The position numbers and the translations under genes were made by a program. The notes below the pieces were generated by a model. That model was not told the origin of the DNA and did not search any database. It was given only the letters and a program-made list of their open reading frames with translations. From Candidatus Latescibacterota bacterium (lineage in GTDB: Bacteria; Latescibacterota; UBA2968; UBA8231): a DNA stretch of 64,000 bases. The stretch spans positions 5,600,001 to 5,664,000 of the forward strand of contig OZ244561.1 in the NCBI GenBank assembly GCA_965217585.1, written 5' to 3'. Shown piece by piece: positions 29,641 to 38,753 of this stretch (positions are counted from its first letter, which is position 1; each line of letters opens with the position of its first letter).

Positions 29641-30014
29641 TACCTAATCCTCAGTCCCGCCAACAGCATCGGCAACGCTCGCAGTTCTCGTTTTAGGGGA
29701 TCCAGCACATACCCCAAGGCTTCGAGGGTGACTATACCGAGCAGATTGCTGTCGCCGGGTTCGCCAAAGATAACCGGCGCGGCTCCCCGGTGTTCCTTGT
29801 AGCGAAACAGCGCATCGCCCAAATGGCGTTCGATCTGGTCGCCATTGGCCAAGGTAAAGGTCCGACGAGAGTGCGGCCGAATGCCCAAAGCATCTAGGAC
29901 AGGACGTTGGACGACCGAATAGACGGCACCTGAGTCCACTAAAAAACGTTCGGTGTGAAACTCCTCAGAGCGAGCGGGGTTGGCGATGTCGATGGCGAGA
30001 AAGGTAAGTCCCAT
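29640..30014 (-). CDS. Retropepsin-like aspartyl protease (single domain)
   Basis: FLVDSGA and LLGIVTLEALG motifs. Confidence 0.8.
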   Translation of the reverse strand: MGLTFLAIDIANPARSEEFHTERFLVDSGAVYSVVQRPVLDALGIRPHSRRTFTLANGDQIERHLGDALFRYKEHRGAAPVIFGEPGDSNLLGIVTLEALGYVLDPLKRELRALPMLLAGLRIR

Positions 30015-30181
30015 AAAATTCTCCGTTCTTGCTATTGCGGCTAGGCCGCTTTCAATTCCTCCGCTCTATCATCGCTTTTTTGCCTGCGAAGTCAAGTAAC
30101 CGTACCTTCCCCCGAGTTTCCCACCTAGTTTGAGACCATTAGGACAAGACCTAGCCCATCCGGGCCTAAAGGAGCCACGCC

Positions 30182-31438
30182 ATGAAAATCACCGCCATCG
30201 AAGTCATTCCCCTGCGCCTTCCCTATGAAGATCGCATCCGCAAGGCGTTCTACCACTTCGGCATGAACGAAGAGGTGACCGTGTACAAGTTCCACACCGA
30301 TACCGGCTTGATAGGCTTGGGTGAAAACCCCGGCCCGCCCTTTGCGCAGAGCTTGCTCGACGCCTACCTCGGCACCAACCCTTTCGATCACGTCATGGGC
30401 ACCGGGAGCTTCAACCTCGACATGGCCTGTTACGATCTGATGGGCAAACACCTCGGGCTGCCGGCCTGGAAGCTGATGGGCCAACAGGTGCGGGAGTGGG
30501 TAAGCATGGGGTGGTGGATGCCCTGCATGTCGCCCGAGGACTCGGCCGCCGAGGTGCAAGAAGCCGCCGCCCGCGGCTATCGCGGGCTGAAATGCAAGGC
30601 CCGCGCCTTCTATGATATAGTCGAGCAAGCCCAAGCCATGCAGGACGCGGCCCCGCCCGACTTCCGCATTGAATTCGACTTCAACGGCGCGCTCGTCAAC
30701 GTCGAAAGAGCTTTGCCCATCCTGCGCCGGCTGGAGCAGATTCCGGTGGTCAAAGGGGTCGAGGAGCCGATCTTCGCCTATGACATCGAGGGCTGGCGAC
30801 GCCTGCACCAAGAAATCCGCATTCCCTTCTACCTCCACGGCGTCAGCACGATCTTCGACGGTCCCTCGCGCCAGCCTTCCGGCCCCTGGCTTGGGCTGCG
30901 CGCTGGCGATTTCGACGGCGCACTCTGTAGCCACGAGACCATCCGCAACGCGCTGGCCGCTTCTTGGGCCTTCGCCGCGGCCAATACCCCGATCCTCTTG
31001 CAGTACGTCGGCACGGGCATCACCGCGGCCTTCGCCTGCCACCTCGGCGCGGTCATGCACACGGCCACCCTACCGGGCGTAACCGCCCATCACATGTACG
31101 CAGACGACCTGATCGCCGAGCCGCACCTAGTCCAGCGCGGCTTTATGCAGGTGCCCACAGGCCCGGGCTTAGGTGTAGAGCTGGACGAGGACGCAATCGA
31201 GCGCTACCGCGACGTACCCGCGCCGCAATGGCCGCGCCACTTCTCAGTCGTAACCCTACCCGGCGGCCTCGAACACTACTACCGCGACTTGCGCCAGGCC
31301 GAACGCCTCATGAAACAAGGCGTTGATGAAGCCTTCGCCCCCGGCGTCCGCCTCACCGAGCGCGAAGACGACGGCAGCGCGGACTTCGATAGGCTCTGGC
31401 GCACACTCCAAGAACGTGACTGGCCCGTCTGGGTCTAG
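30182..31438 (+). CDS. Mandelate racemase/muconate lactonizing enzyme family
   Basis: DMACYDLMGK, LKCK, DFN, VEEP, PTGPGLGVELD. Confidence 0.85.
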   Translation: MKITAIEVIPLRLPYEDRIRKAFYHFGMNEEVTVYKFHTDTGLIGLGENPGPPFAQSLLDAYLGTNPFDHVMGTGSFNLDMACYDLMGKHLGLPAWKLMGQQVREWVSMGWWMPCMSPEDSAAEVQEAAARGYRGLKCKARAFYDIVEQAQAMQDAAPPDFRIEFDFNGALVNVERALPILRRLEQIPVVKGVEEPIFAYDIEGWRRLHQEIRIPFYLHGVSTIFDGPSRQPSGPWLGLRAGDFDGALCSHETIRNALAASWAFAAANTPILLQYVGTGITAAFACHLGAVMHTATLPGVTAHHMYADDLIAEPHLVQRGFMQVPTGPGLGVELDEDAIERYRDVPAPQWPRHFSVVTLPGGLEHYYRDLRQAERLMKQGVDEAFAPGVRLTEREDDGSADFDRLWRTLQERDWPVWV

Positions 31439-31449
31439 AGGAGGCTCCC

Positions 31450-32541
31450 GTGAAAATCACCCGCATCACCCTCCACATCGTCAACGTGCCCGAGCACCGC
31501 TGGTGGTGGTCGGACGACGTGTACGGCCAGCCCCTGCACCAGCGGACCGAGCACGGCGTCGCCGAAGTCGAGACCGATCAGGGCTTGACCGGCCTGACGC
31601 TGATCGGGCGTTTTACCGCCTTGGACACCATGCGCCAGCAGTTTGCGACTTGGCTGGGGCAGGACGTCCTCCAGGTCAACTTGGCCCAAGGCAATGACCC
31701 CTTGCAGGGCGCTTTTGAACAGGCCGTGCTCGACTTGCGCGGCCAAGCACTGGGCGTGCCTATCTGGCAATTACTGGGTGGGCGGTTGCGCGACCGCGTT
31801 CCGGTCACCCAATGCACGGGGTACAAAACGCCCGCACACACCGCGGAGGACGCCCAATGGGGATGGGAGCAGGGCTTCCGCGCTTATAAGATGAAGTGCA
31901 TAACCAGCAGAGAGAAAACCCCCGAGGAGCGCATCCGCTACATCACCGACCGGATAGAAGCCATTCACCGCGTGGTCCCCGACATGGTGGTGCGCCCGGA
32001 TATCCGCTGGCGTCTAGAGGAAGTCTGGGTGGCCCAAGACCTGGCCCGCCGCCTACAGGGCCATCGCCTAGACTCGCTCGAAAGCCCCATTGCCAAAGGC
32101 GCTCGCGGCGGCACATTCTCCGAATGGCGTCGCCTGCGCCACACCATCGAATTACCCATTGGCGACCACGTCGGCGACGCAGCCGATCTGTTGCACCGCT
32201 TTCAGGCCGAGGCCCTCGACTACGTCATCGTCGGCGGAGCCAGCCACTTTGAAACTTTGCACCGCTCGCATCTGGCCCACGCGCTGGGGCTAGGCGGCTG
32301 GTCGCAAACCGTGGCCTATGGGCCGGGTGCCGCTATGGGCCTGCACGTGGCCGCTTGTATGCCCCATTTAACTCAACCCTACGACATGGTCGGCCCCATC
32401 GCCTGGCAGCACTCCTTGGTCAACGAGGAATTCGTCCTCGAAGAGGGCAGCTTCCTAGTCTCCGACCGACCGGGTTTGGGCTACACCCTCGACCGCGACG
32501 GCGTCGAGCGCTACTTAGTGGAACGCCACATTTTCCCTTAG
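31450..32541 (+). CDS. Mandelate racemase/muconate lactonizing enzyme family
   Basis: EQAVLDLRGQALG, YKMK, LESP, DRPGLG. Confidence 0.85.
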   Translation: MKITRITLHIVNVPEHRWWWSDDVYGQPLHQRTEHGVAEVETDQGLTGLTLIGRFTALDTMRQQFATWLGQDVLQVNLAQGNDPLQGAFEQAVLDLRGQALGVPIWQLLGGRLRDRVPVTQCTGYKTPAHTAEDAQWGWEQGFRAYKMKCITSREKTPEERIRYITDRIEAIHRVVPDMVVRPDIRWRLEEVWVAQDLARRLQGHRLDSLESPIAKGARGGTFSEWRRLRHTIELPIGDHVGDAADLLHRFQAEALDYVIVGGASHFETLHRSHLAHALGLGGWSQTVAYGPGAAMGLHVAACMPHLTQPYDMVGPIAWQHSLVNEEFVLEEGSFLVSDRPGLGYTLDRDGVERYLVERHIFP

Positions 32542-32558
32542 GACTGTTAACCAACGCT

Positions 32559-34241
32559 ATGTCCGAAACTCCCGAATACCGCAGCCACTCCAATACCCCC
32601 TTCGCGCTCGACCGTCCCCTCGACAAGACGCTGACGGTCGCCGCTTGGGTCGAAAGCCCCACCGCCCGCGCCGAAGCTATGCAGCCGCTCGTCTCGCAGT
32701 GGCAACCCCGCGCCGCATTCGACGCCTTCTCCGCCTATGACGCCGGCCACACCGACGGCTTGGTGACCCAAGGCTACTTCGGCGCAGTATTCGACGGCCG
32801 CTACGCGTACTTCTGCCCCATCCGCGACCGGAATGAGCGCACTTCCGTCCACGGCCGCGTCCTCCGCCTCGACACCCAAGCCGATTTCAAAGACCCAGAC
32901 GCTTGGGCCGCCTACGACGCCAGCCACACCGACGGCCTGCACACCGCGGGCTTCTACGGCGGGGCCTTTGACGGACGCTACGTGTACTTCAATCCCCGCG
33001 ATGACGGCACTGTCCACCACTCGCGGCTCTTGCGCTACGACACCCAAGCCGACTTCAAAGACCCAGACGCTTGGGCCGCCTACGACGCCCAGTTACCCCA
33101 CTCGGGACAGGGCCTCGCTTTTGACGGCCACTACCTCTATTTCTGCCCGGGTTACACCCGGTCGTCAATCGGCGGTTTGGACGATGAGAACAGCGGCTAC
33201 ATCCTCCGCTACGACACGCGCGCGCCCCTGAAGGATCCCGCGAGCTATGCTGTCTTCAACGCCCAACAACTCCACCCGGAGGCAGCCTGTTTCGACGGGG
33301 CCGTGTTCGACGGACGCCATATCTACTTCGCGCCGCTCACCAGCAGCCACGTCCTCCGCTACGAGGTCGCCGGAGATTTCGCCGACCCGCAAAGCTGGGA
33401 CGCGTACGACGCCCGCCCCTTGGGGATGCAAATGAACGTCGGGGCCGTGTTCGACGGGCGGCATATCTACTTTTGCGCCTATGGCAACAGCCAGATGTTG
33501 CGCTACGACACGGCTGCGCCGTTTGACGACCCGCAAAGCTGGGACATCCACGTTCCTGTGGACAACAGCGGCTTTGACGGCGGCTTCTTCGACGGACGCT
33601 ACGTGTATTACGTGCCCTTCACCCGCGCCGCCGCTCCCGGAGAGAGTGTCTTCCACGGCTCTTGGCTGCGCTACGACACGGCCGCACCGTTTGACGACCC
33701 AACCGCTTGGGACACCCACGACGCCAGCTATACCGACGGCCTGCATACGACCGCGTATAACGCTGGCGCATTCGATGGCCGCTATTTCTACACCGCTCCT
33801 TGGCGCGGCGACCGCGACGGCGGCCACGCCCACGGCCGCGTACAACGCTACGACACTCTCGGTGCAGACGGCGCGTTTTCCCTGCGCTACGGCGATGTGG
33901 GCCACAACGGTGGACTCTGCGCAGCCGTGCCCGGCCCCAGCTTCATCGTCAATACCACCGGCGGCGCGGTCAGCATTGCCACTCACCAAACCCTCGCGCC
34001 CGGCGTCCATCACCTCGCCGGGGTGTACGACGGCGCGTGCATCCAGCTCTACATCGACGGCGCGCTCGCGGCCTCGCGTTCAGCTTGTGGCCGTCCGTTG
34101 CAACAGACGGACATCCCCGTGACCATCGGCCATATCGCCGGCGGCAGCGCCCGCTTCCAAGGCACCATCGCCGAGGTGTATCTAGCGCCTGTCGCCCACA
34201 GCGCCGCTTGGGTCGCAGCAACCTATAGCAAGCCAGAATGA
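32559..34241 (+). CDS. FDGRY-repeat (beta-propeller-like) protein with LamG-like domain
   Basis: Seven GxxFDG[RH][YH]xY...RYDT repeats; LTVAAWV and HLAGVYDG...LYIDG...FQGTIAEV LamG motifs. Confidence 0.75.
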   Translation: MSETPEYRSHSNTPFALDRPLDKTLTVAAWVESPTARAEAMQPLVSQWQPRAAFDAFSAYDAGHTDGLVTQGYFGAVFDGRYAYFCPIRDRNERTSVHGRVLRLDTQADFKDPDAWAAYDASHTDGLHTAGFYGGAFDGRYVYFNPRDDGTVHHSRLLRYDTQADFKDPDAWAAYDAQLPHSGQGLAFDGHYLYFCPGYTRSSIGGLDDENSGYILRYDTRAPLKDPASYAVFNAQQLHPEAACFDGAVFDGRHIYFAPLTSSHVLRYEVAGDFADPQSWDAYDARPLGMQMNVGAVFDGRHIYFCAYGNSQMLRYDTAAPFDDPQSWDIHVPVDNSGFDGGFFDGRYVYYVPFTRAAAPGESVFHGSWLRYDTAAPFDDPTAWDTHDASYTDGLHTTAYNAGAFDGRYFYTAPWRGDRDGGHAHGRVQRYDTLGADGAFSLRYGDVGHNGGLCAAVPGPSFIVNTTGGAVSIATHQTLAPGVHHLAGVYDGACIQLYIDGALAASRSACGRPLQQTDIPVTIGHIAGGSARFQGTIAEVYLAPVAHSAAWVAATYSKPE

Positions 34242-34280
34242 TTTGAACGCTTCTAAATGTGGATCGTCTTGTGAATCCTA

Positions 34281-34310
34281 TTCTGCGTCTATCTGCGTCC
34301 ATCTGCGGAT
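34281..34310. repeat. 10-bp tandem repeat (TCTGCGTCyA-like) x3
   Basis: ttctgcgtct atctgcgtcc atctgcggat. Confidence 0.6.
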
Positions 34311-34373
34311 CACCTTGTACATGATGTAGGATTGCTACATCACGCGGATGCACCAACCTAAAGGAGCTTCTCC

Positions 34374-35447
34374 ATGAACGAAAAATACACGGTCGCCATC
34401 ATCGGCTGCGGCCGCCTCGGCCAGCACTACGCCGAAGTCTATCAAACCCTACCCAACACCGAGCTAGTCGCCATCGCCGAATACAACCCCGAGCGCCGCC
34501 AAGCCGTCGGCGAGCGCTTTGGCATCCGCGCCCTCTATCAGGACGCGCAAGACCTCTTCCGGCACATAGTCCCCGACATCGCGGTCGTCGTGCTGCCCGG
34601 CAAGTACATCAAGGAGGCCGTCATCGCCGCCGCCCAAGCTGGCGTCAAGGGCGTCTCCACCGACAAGCCCATTGAGGCTCGTCTGTCGGATGTAGATGAA
34701 ATGATCGAGGAGTGCGAAGCGCGCGGCGTGGTCTTTGCCGGCGGCAACCTGCAACGGGCCATCGGCGAGGTGCAAGAAGCGGCCGGCTGGCTACACGCCG
34801 GCGAGTACGGCCCATTGCGCGGGGCCAGCGTCCACGGCTGGGGCGGCGAAATTTCCGGCGGAGGCTGCCAGCACATCGCCGTTCTGCGACTCCTCACCCA
34901 AGCCGAGGTGACTCAAGTCATCGCCTGGGGCACGCCGCCCGAGGCCCTCGCGCGCGACGACGACGAGGGGTTGATCATCAACGGACAATTTTTGCTCAGC
35001 AACGGCCTCGTCTGCCCGGTTTTTGGCCAACCGACGCCTAGTCGTGGTGTGGACGTGTGGACCGACGACGCGCTCGTGCGCTGGGACTGGGGACCGCCCA
35101 AAATTTTCCAAGGCCGCGACGCGCAGGGTGCCCGCATAAAGACCGCCCGCCCTTATACCCCACTCGAATACCCCCGCTTTACCTACATGGGCACTTCGGT
35201 GATGTCGTTTTTGGATGTCGTAGAAAACGGCGGAGAGCTGTACATCTCCGGCCACGACCTGCGCCAATCGCTCGAAGTAGCCATCGCCGCCAAGTACTCG
35301 GCGCTGTGGGGCAATGTGCCGCTCGACCTACCGCTCGCCGACCGCTCACTCGCGCTCTACCCTAGGACCTATCGCTGGCTCGGCGGCGACCATTCCGGGC
35401 GATCGCAGACCTACGCAGAGGCGCTAGAAGGGACGCTTTTTCGTTAG
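34374..35447 (+). CDS. Gfo/Idh/MocA family oxidoreductase
   Basis: IIGCGRLG, TDKP; AAGGAG RBS. Confidence 0.8.
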   Translation: MNEKYTVAIIGCGRLGQHYAEVYQTLPNTELVAIAEYNPERRQAVGERFGIRALYQDAQDLFRHIVPDIAVVVLPGKYIKEAVIAAAQAGVKGVSTDKPIEARLSDVDEMIEECEARGVVFAGGNLQRAIGEVQEAAGWLHAGEYGPLRGASVHGWGGEISGGGCQHIAVLRLLTQAEVTQVIAWGTPPEALARDDDEGLIINGQFLLSNGLVCPVFGQPTPSRGVDVWTDDALVRWDWGPPKIFQGRDAQGARIKTARPYTPLEYPRFTYMGTSVMSFLDVVENGGELYISGHDLRQSLEVAIAAKYSALWGNVPLDLPLADRSLALYPRTYRWLGGDHSGRSQTYAEALEGTLFR

Positions 35448-35493
35448 CAGCACCCCCGTGCGTGCAGTGCCCTCTTCCGTTATACTTCCATTT

Positions 35494-35886
35494 ATGGACG
35501 CCTACAGTTCGTACATTGAGGGTTGGCAAAAGCGTCTGCGCCAAGAGCGAGAAGCGCTCGACCAAGCCGCACAACAGGCGCGGGAGCAGGCGCAGGTCTG
35601 CGCCAAAGCCCTAGTCGAGGAATACGGGGTTGAACGCGTGTACCTGATCGGCTCGCTGGCCAGAGGTAGCGGCTTCCACCCGCGTTCCGATATCGATTTG
35701 GTCGTCGCAGGTATAGCACCAGAACGCTACTTTGCGGTGCTAGCAGACGTCGCCGAGCGGGCGAGCCGCGAGATCAATTTGATTCTACTCGAGTCGGCGA
35801 CGCCGGCTCTGCTCGAATGCGTGGAAAACGAGGGAGTGCTGCTGCATGAGCGCACAGAAATTCCTGCTGCTGCGGGCCGACATTGA
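35494..35886 (+). CDS. Minimal nucleotidyltransferase (MNT antitoxin)
   Basis: GSLARG...SDIDL motif. Confidence 0.85.
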   Translation: MDAYSSYIEGWQKRLRQEREALDQAAQQAREQAQVCAKALVEEYGVERVYLIGSLARGSGFHPRSDIDLVVAGIAPERYFAVLADVAERASREINLILLESATPALLECVENEGVLLHERTEIPAAAGRH

Positions 35887-35929
35887 CCGTGTGCTAGCGC
35901 AGGCTTCCAATAGCGGAGGAATCCAATGA
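35846..35929 (+). pseudogene. Probable HEPN toxin 5' stub
   Basis: MSAQKFLLLRADIDRVLAQ overlaps the MNT 3' end as HEPN partners do; ends at the ATGA of the ATPase gene. Confidence 0.45.
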
Positions 35930-36972
35930 TTCATCTCAGCAGTTTCGAGGCAATTCACTACCGTGGCATCGACGGCTTGTCTCTGCCAAAATTGAGCCAC
36001 GCGAACCTGATCACGGGTGCAAACGGTGTTGGGAAAACAGCACTTATCGAAGCAATCTGGCTCTTCATGGGAAGACACAATACTCAATTGCTGTGGAACG
36101 CAAATGTACAACGATCCAGTCATACAGCGATGAATCCCGTTTCAGAATTGTCGGGCGATTACGTAGAACTTCGGGGAACAGAGGACGGAACGAAACACCT
36201 GAAAGTTGCCTTTGACCCCGAGCCCGTCGAACAATTCGTGCCAGAGTTTTACGGCCTAGATGCCATTGAAGCATCCTTGCAGCTTCCATTCGCTGGTCGT
36301 TTACAAACATGGATTGATGATAAGAATATTGACGCCAAATTCGATTCAATGTATCGCACACCGACATATACGGTACTGTACAAAAGGCCCACACCACAGG
36401 AGAGCAAACGAAATTGCGTCATCGAAGGCACAAGATGGCAACTTGAAGTATCGGAAGATTACCTGAAAAATTATTCCGATATGGTTAGGGAAGGTCGAAG
36501 AGAGGACTTAACGAATGCCGTAAATTTGATTCTGCCAAACGTTAAGGATGTACAGATACTTACGGACGAAAATGGGGAATCGTACCTTTCGGCAATCACA
36601 GATAACGGTGCTCAACGTCGCCTAGAAAATCTAGGGGGTGGTATAGTGCGGCTTCTCAAATTATATCTAAATTTCTTCGCCGCCCGTAATGGCCTAGTGC
36701 TTATCGACGAGGTAGAAAATGGCCTTCACTATTCGGTGCTACGGAATCTCTGGGATCGCATACGCATCTGGACGTGCGAATGGAATGTGCAGTTCATCGC
36801 GACGACGCACAGCGCTGAGTGCATTGATGCCGCAATGGAGGCTTTTGCCGACGAACCCAACGACTTGTCCATACATAATCTCTTTGCGAACGAGTCGGGA
36901 AACATCAAAGCGGCAACGTTTACCGGCGAGGCCCTCGAAGGTGCTCGGAACCTTAATCTGGAGGTCCGATGA
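35926..36972 (+). CDS. ABC-type (AAA_15/AAA_21) ATPase
   Basis: GANGVGKT, LGGG, LIDEVENGLH, TTHS. Confidence 0.88.
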   Translation: MIHLSSFEAIHYRGIDGLSLPKLSHANLITGANGVGKTALIEAIWLFMGRHNTQLLWNANVQRSSHTAMNPVSELSGDYVELRGTEDGTKHLKVAFDPEPVEQFVPEFYGLDAIEASLQLPFAGRLQTWIDDKNIDAKFDSMYRTPTYTVLYKRPTPQESKRNCVIEGTRWQLEVSEDYLKNYSDMVREGRREDLTNAVNLILPNVKDVQILTDENGESYLSAITDNGAQRRLENLGGGIVRLLKLYLNFFAARNGLVLIDEVENGLHYSVLRNLWDRIRIWTCEWNVQFIATTHSAECIDAAMEAFADEPNDLSIHNLFANESGNIKAATFTGEALEGARNLNLEVR

Positions 36973-37460
36973 TGATCGCAACGGGTCAAGCCGGTCTTCC
37001 GAAGGTCGAGCTAACGGCAGACCGACTTTTGCTTGTCGAAGGCAAAGACGAGGTGAACTTATTAGGGAGGCTCATCAAGGATTGTCTCAAGGACGATGAG
37101 CAGGGAATACAGATATTGGATGTTGGCAGCAAGGATAACTTCAGATCGAACCTGAAGGCGATAAAGACGGCTGCCCAATCTGGACCGACTCTCAGTTCAA
37201 TTGGTATCGTCCGAGACGCAGATAAATGTGCAAAAGGAAGTTTTCAAAGCGTCTACGACAGTGTGCGCGCTGTCGGTTACAAACCACCTGATGCTCATGC
37301 AGAATTCTCAAACGACACTCCGTCGATTGGCGTGTTCATCGTGCCCGACGGCTCCCAATCCGGTGCCATTGAGACCCTCTGTCGGCGTTCCGTAGAAGGC
37401 GAAGACGCGGCCAAATGCGCCGACGAGTACATGGAGTGCCTGAATATTACCTTTAAGTAG
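36969..37460 (+). CDS. DUF3226/TOPRIM-like protein, probably 3'-truncated
   Basis: LLVEGKDE, GIVRDAD, PDGSQSGAIETL; abrupt end. Confidence 0.7.
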   Translation: MMIATGQAGLPKVELTADRLLLVEGKDEVNLLGRLIKDCLKDDEQGIQILDVGSKDNFRSNLKAIKTAAQSGPTLSSIGIVRDADKCAKGSFQSVYDSVRAVGYKPPDAHAEFSNDTPSIGVFIVPDGSQSGAIETLCRRSVEGEDAAKCADEYMECLNITFK

Positions 37461-37474
37461 GAGTAGAATCATTA

Positions 37475-38650
37475 GTGAATGATCATGTCGATTTCAGCCC
37501 CAAAGAATACCAACAGCGGCTGAGCAAGCTCAGGGTGTTAATGGCGGAGCGCGGTATCGACGCTGTGCTGGTCACCACCGAGGCCAATCACCGCTACTTT
37601 ACGGGCCATGTGACCCACCGCTGGATGCACCAGTACACGGCCATGTTCGCCCTGCTGCCGCTGGAGGGCGAGCCGCTGCTTATTGTGCCCCCGCAAGAAG
37701 CCTGTATGTGCGAGGAAGATTCCTGGATGAAAAGCATCCGAACCTTCCCATTCGAACATATTCTCCAAGGTGTCGATGCCATTACCGACGCCGTGCACGA
37801 ACTCGGGCTGGAAGAAGGCCGCATTGGCACCGAACTCGGCGGGATGGTCTCGCTCAGGATGCCTTGCGAAGATTTCGGCCAGTTGCGGCAAAACCTGCCC
37901 AATGTTGATTTTGTCGATGCGTCCGCCCTATGTTGGAAGTTGCGCGCCCGGAAATCGAGCGCCGAAGTGGAGCGCATCCGCGAGGCAGTGGCCATCACTG
38001 ATGCAGCGTATCAGGTCCTCTTCGAGGAGGTCAAACCGGGGATGAGCGAGCGGGAGCTCTGTCGCCTGCTCGCGGTCGAACACCTCAGGCGTGGTGCCGA
38101 AATGCCGGGCTCGATCACCCTCGCTCCATATATACCCGACGACATCCGGGTCGCCAATAGCACCCTGCGGCGACCTATTGATCGCGTGCTGACCGCGGGC
38201 GAAATGATCACCCAAGACGCCGGCGGCGTCTATCGGGGCTACTGGTCAGACTATACGCGGATGTTTGCGCTGGGGCGGGCTAGTGCTGCACACCAAGACG
38301 CCTATCGCGTCGTCTACGATTGTTTGCAGGCGGCGATAGAGGCCACCCGGCCCGGTGTCCCCATCGCCGATCTGGTCCACGCCGCGAAGGCGACGATGAG
38401 CGTCTCGGGCCATGCCGACTATGCCGCAAAGGTCAAGGGTATCGGCCATGCGATGGGGCTGGAGATTATCGAACCGCCCTTTATCGCCTTTGAAAACGAG
38501 GTGATTTTAGCAGAGGGGATGGTCTTCACCATCGAACCCGGACTCTTCACCGCTGACGCTTTCTGTATGCTCGAAGAAGACGTGCTCGTCACCGATCGCG
38601 GCTACGAGGTGCTATCCAAGCCCGCAAGCGCTGAGTTGCCGGTCCTTTGA
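37475..38650 (+). CDS. M24 Xaa-Pro peptidase family
   Basis: DAG..YRGYWSDYTR, GHAMGL, TIEPG, EEDVLVT. Confidence 0.88.
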   Translation: MNDHVDFSPKEYQQRLSKLRVLMAERGIDAVLVTTEANHRYFTGHVTHRWMHQYTAMFALLPLEGEPLLIVPPQEACMCEEDSWMKSIRTFPFEHILQGVDAITDAVHELGLEEGRIGTELGGMVSLRMPCEDFGQLRQNLPNVDFVDASALCWKLRARKSSAEVERIREAVAITDAAYQVLFEEVKPGMSERELCRLLAVEHLRRGAEMPGSITLAPYIPDDIRVANSTLRRPIDRVLTAGEMITQDAGGVYRGYWSDYTRMFALGRASAAHQDAYRVVYDCLQAAIEATRPGVPIADLVHAAKATMSVSGHADYAAKVKGIGHAMGLEIIEPPFIAFENEVILAEGMVFTIEPGLFTADAFCMLEEDVLVTDRGYEVLSKPASAELPVL

Positions 38651-38712
38651 GGCCATCTGCCTCGTTAGGTATGGTCTCATGCTCGGCGTTTTGCTGCGCG
38701 GCGAGTCGCTAG

Positions 38713-38734
38713 AGCCCGTTTGGCCAAGCGGGCT
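38713..38734. terminator. Hairpin between convergent genes
   Basis: AGCCCGTTTGGCCAAGCGGGCT; no clear U-tract. Confidence 0.4.
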
Positions 38735-38753
38735 TGCAGCCAGAGTTGGATAA

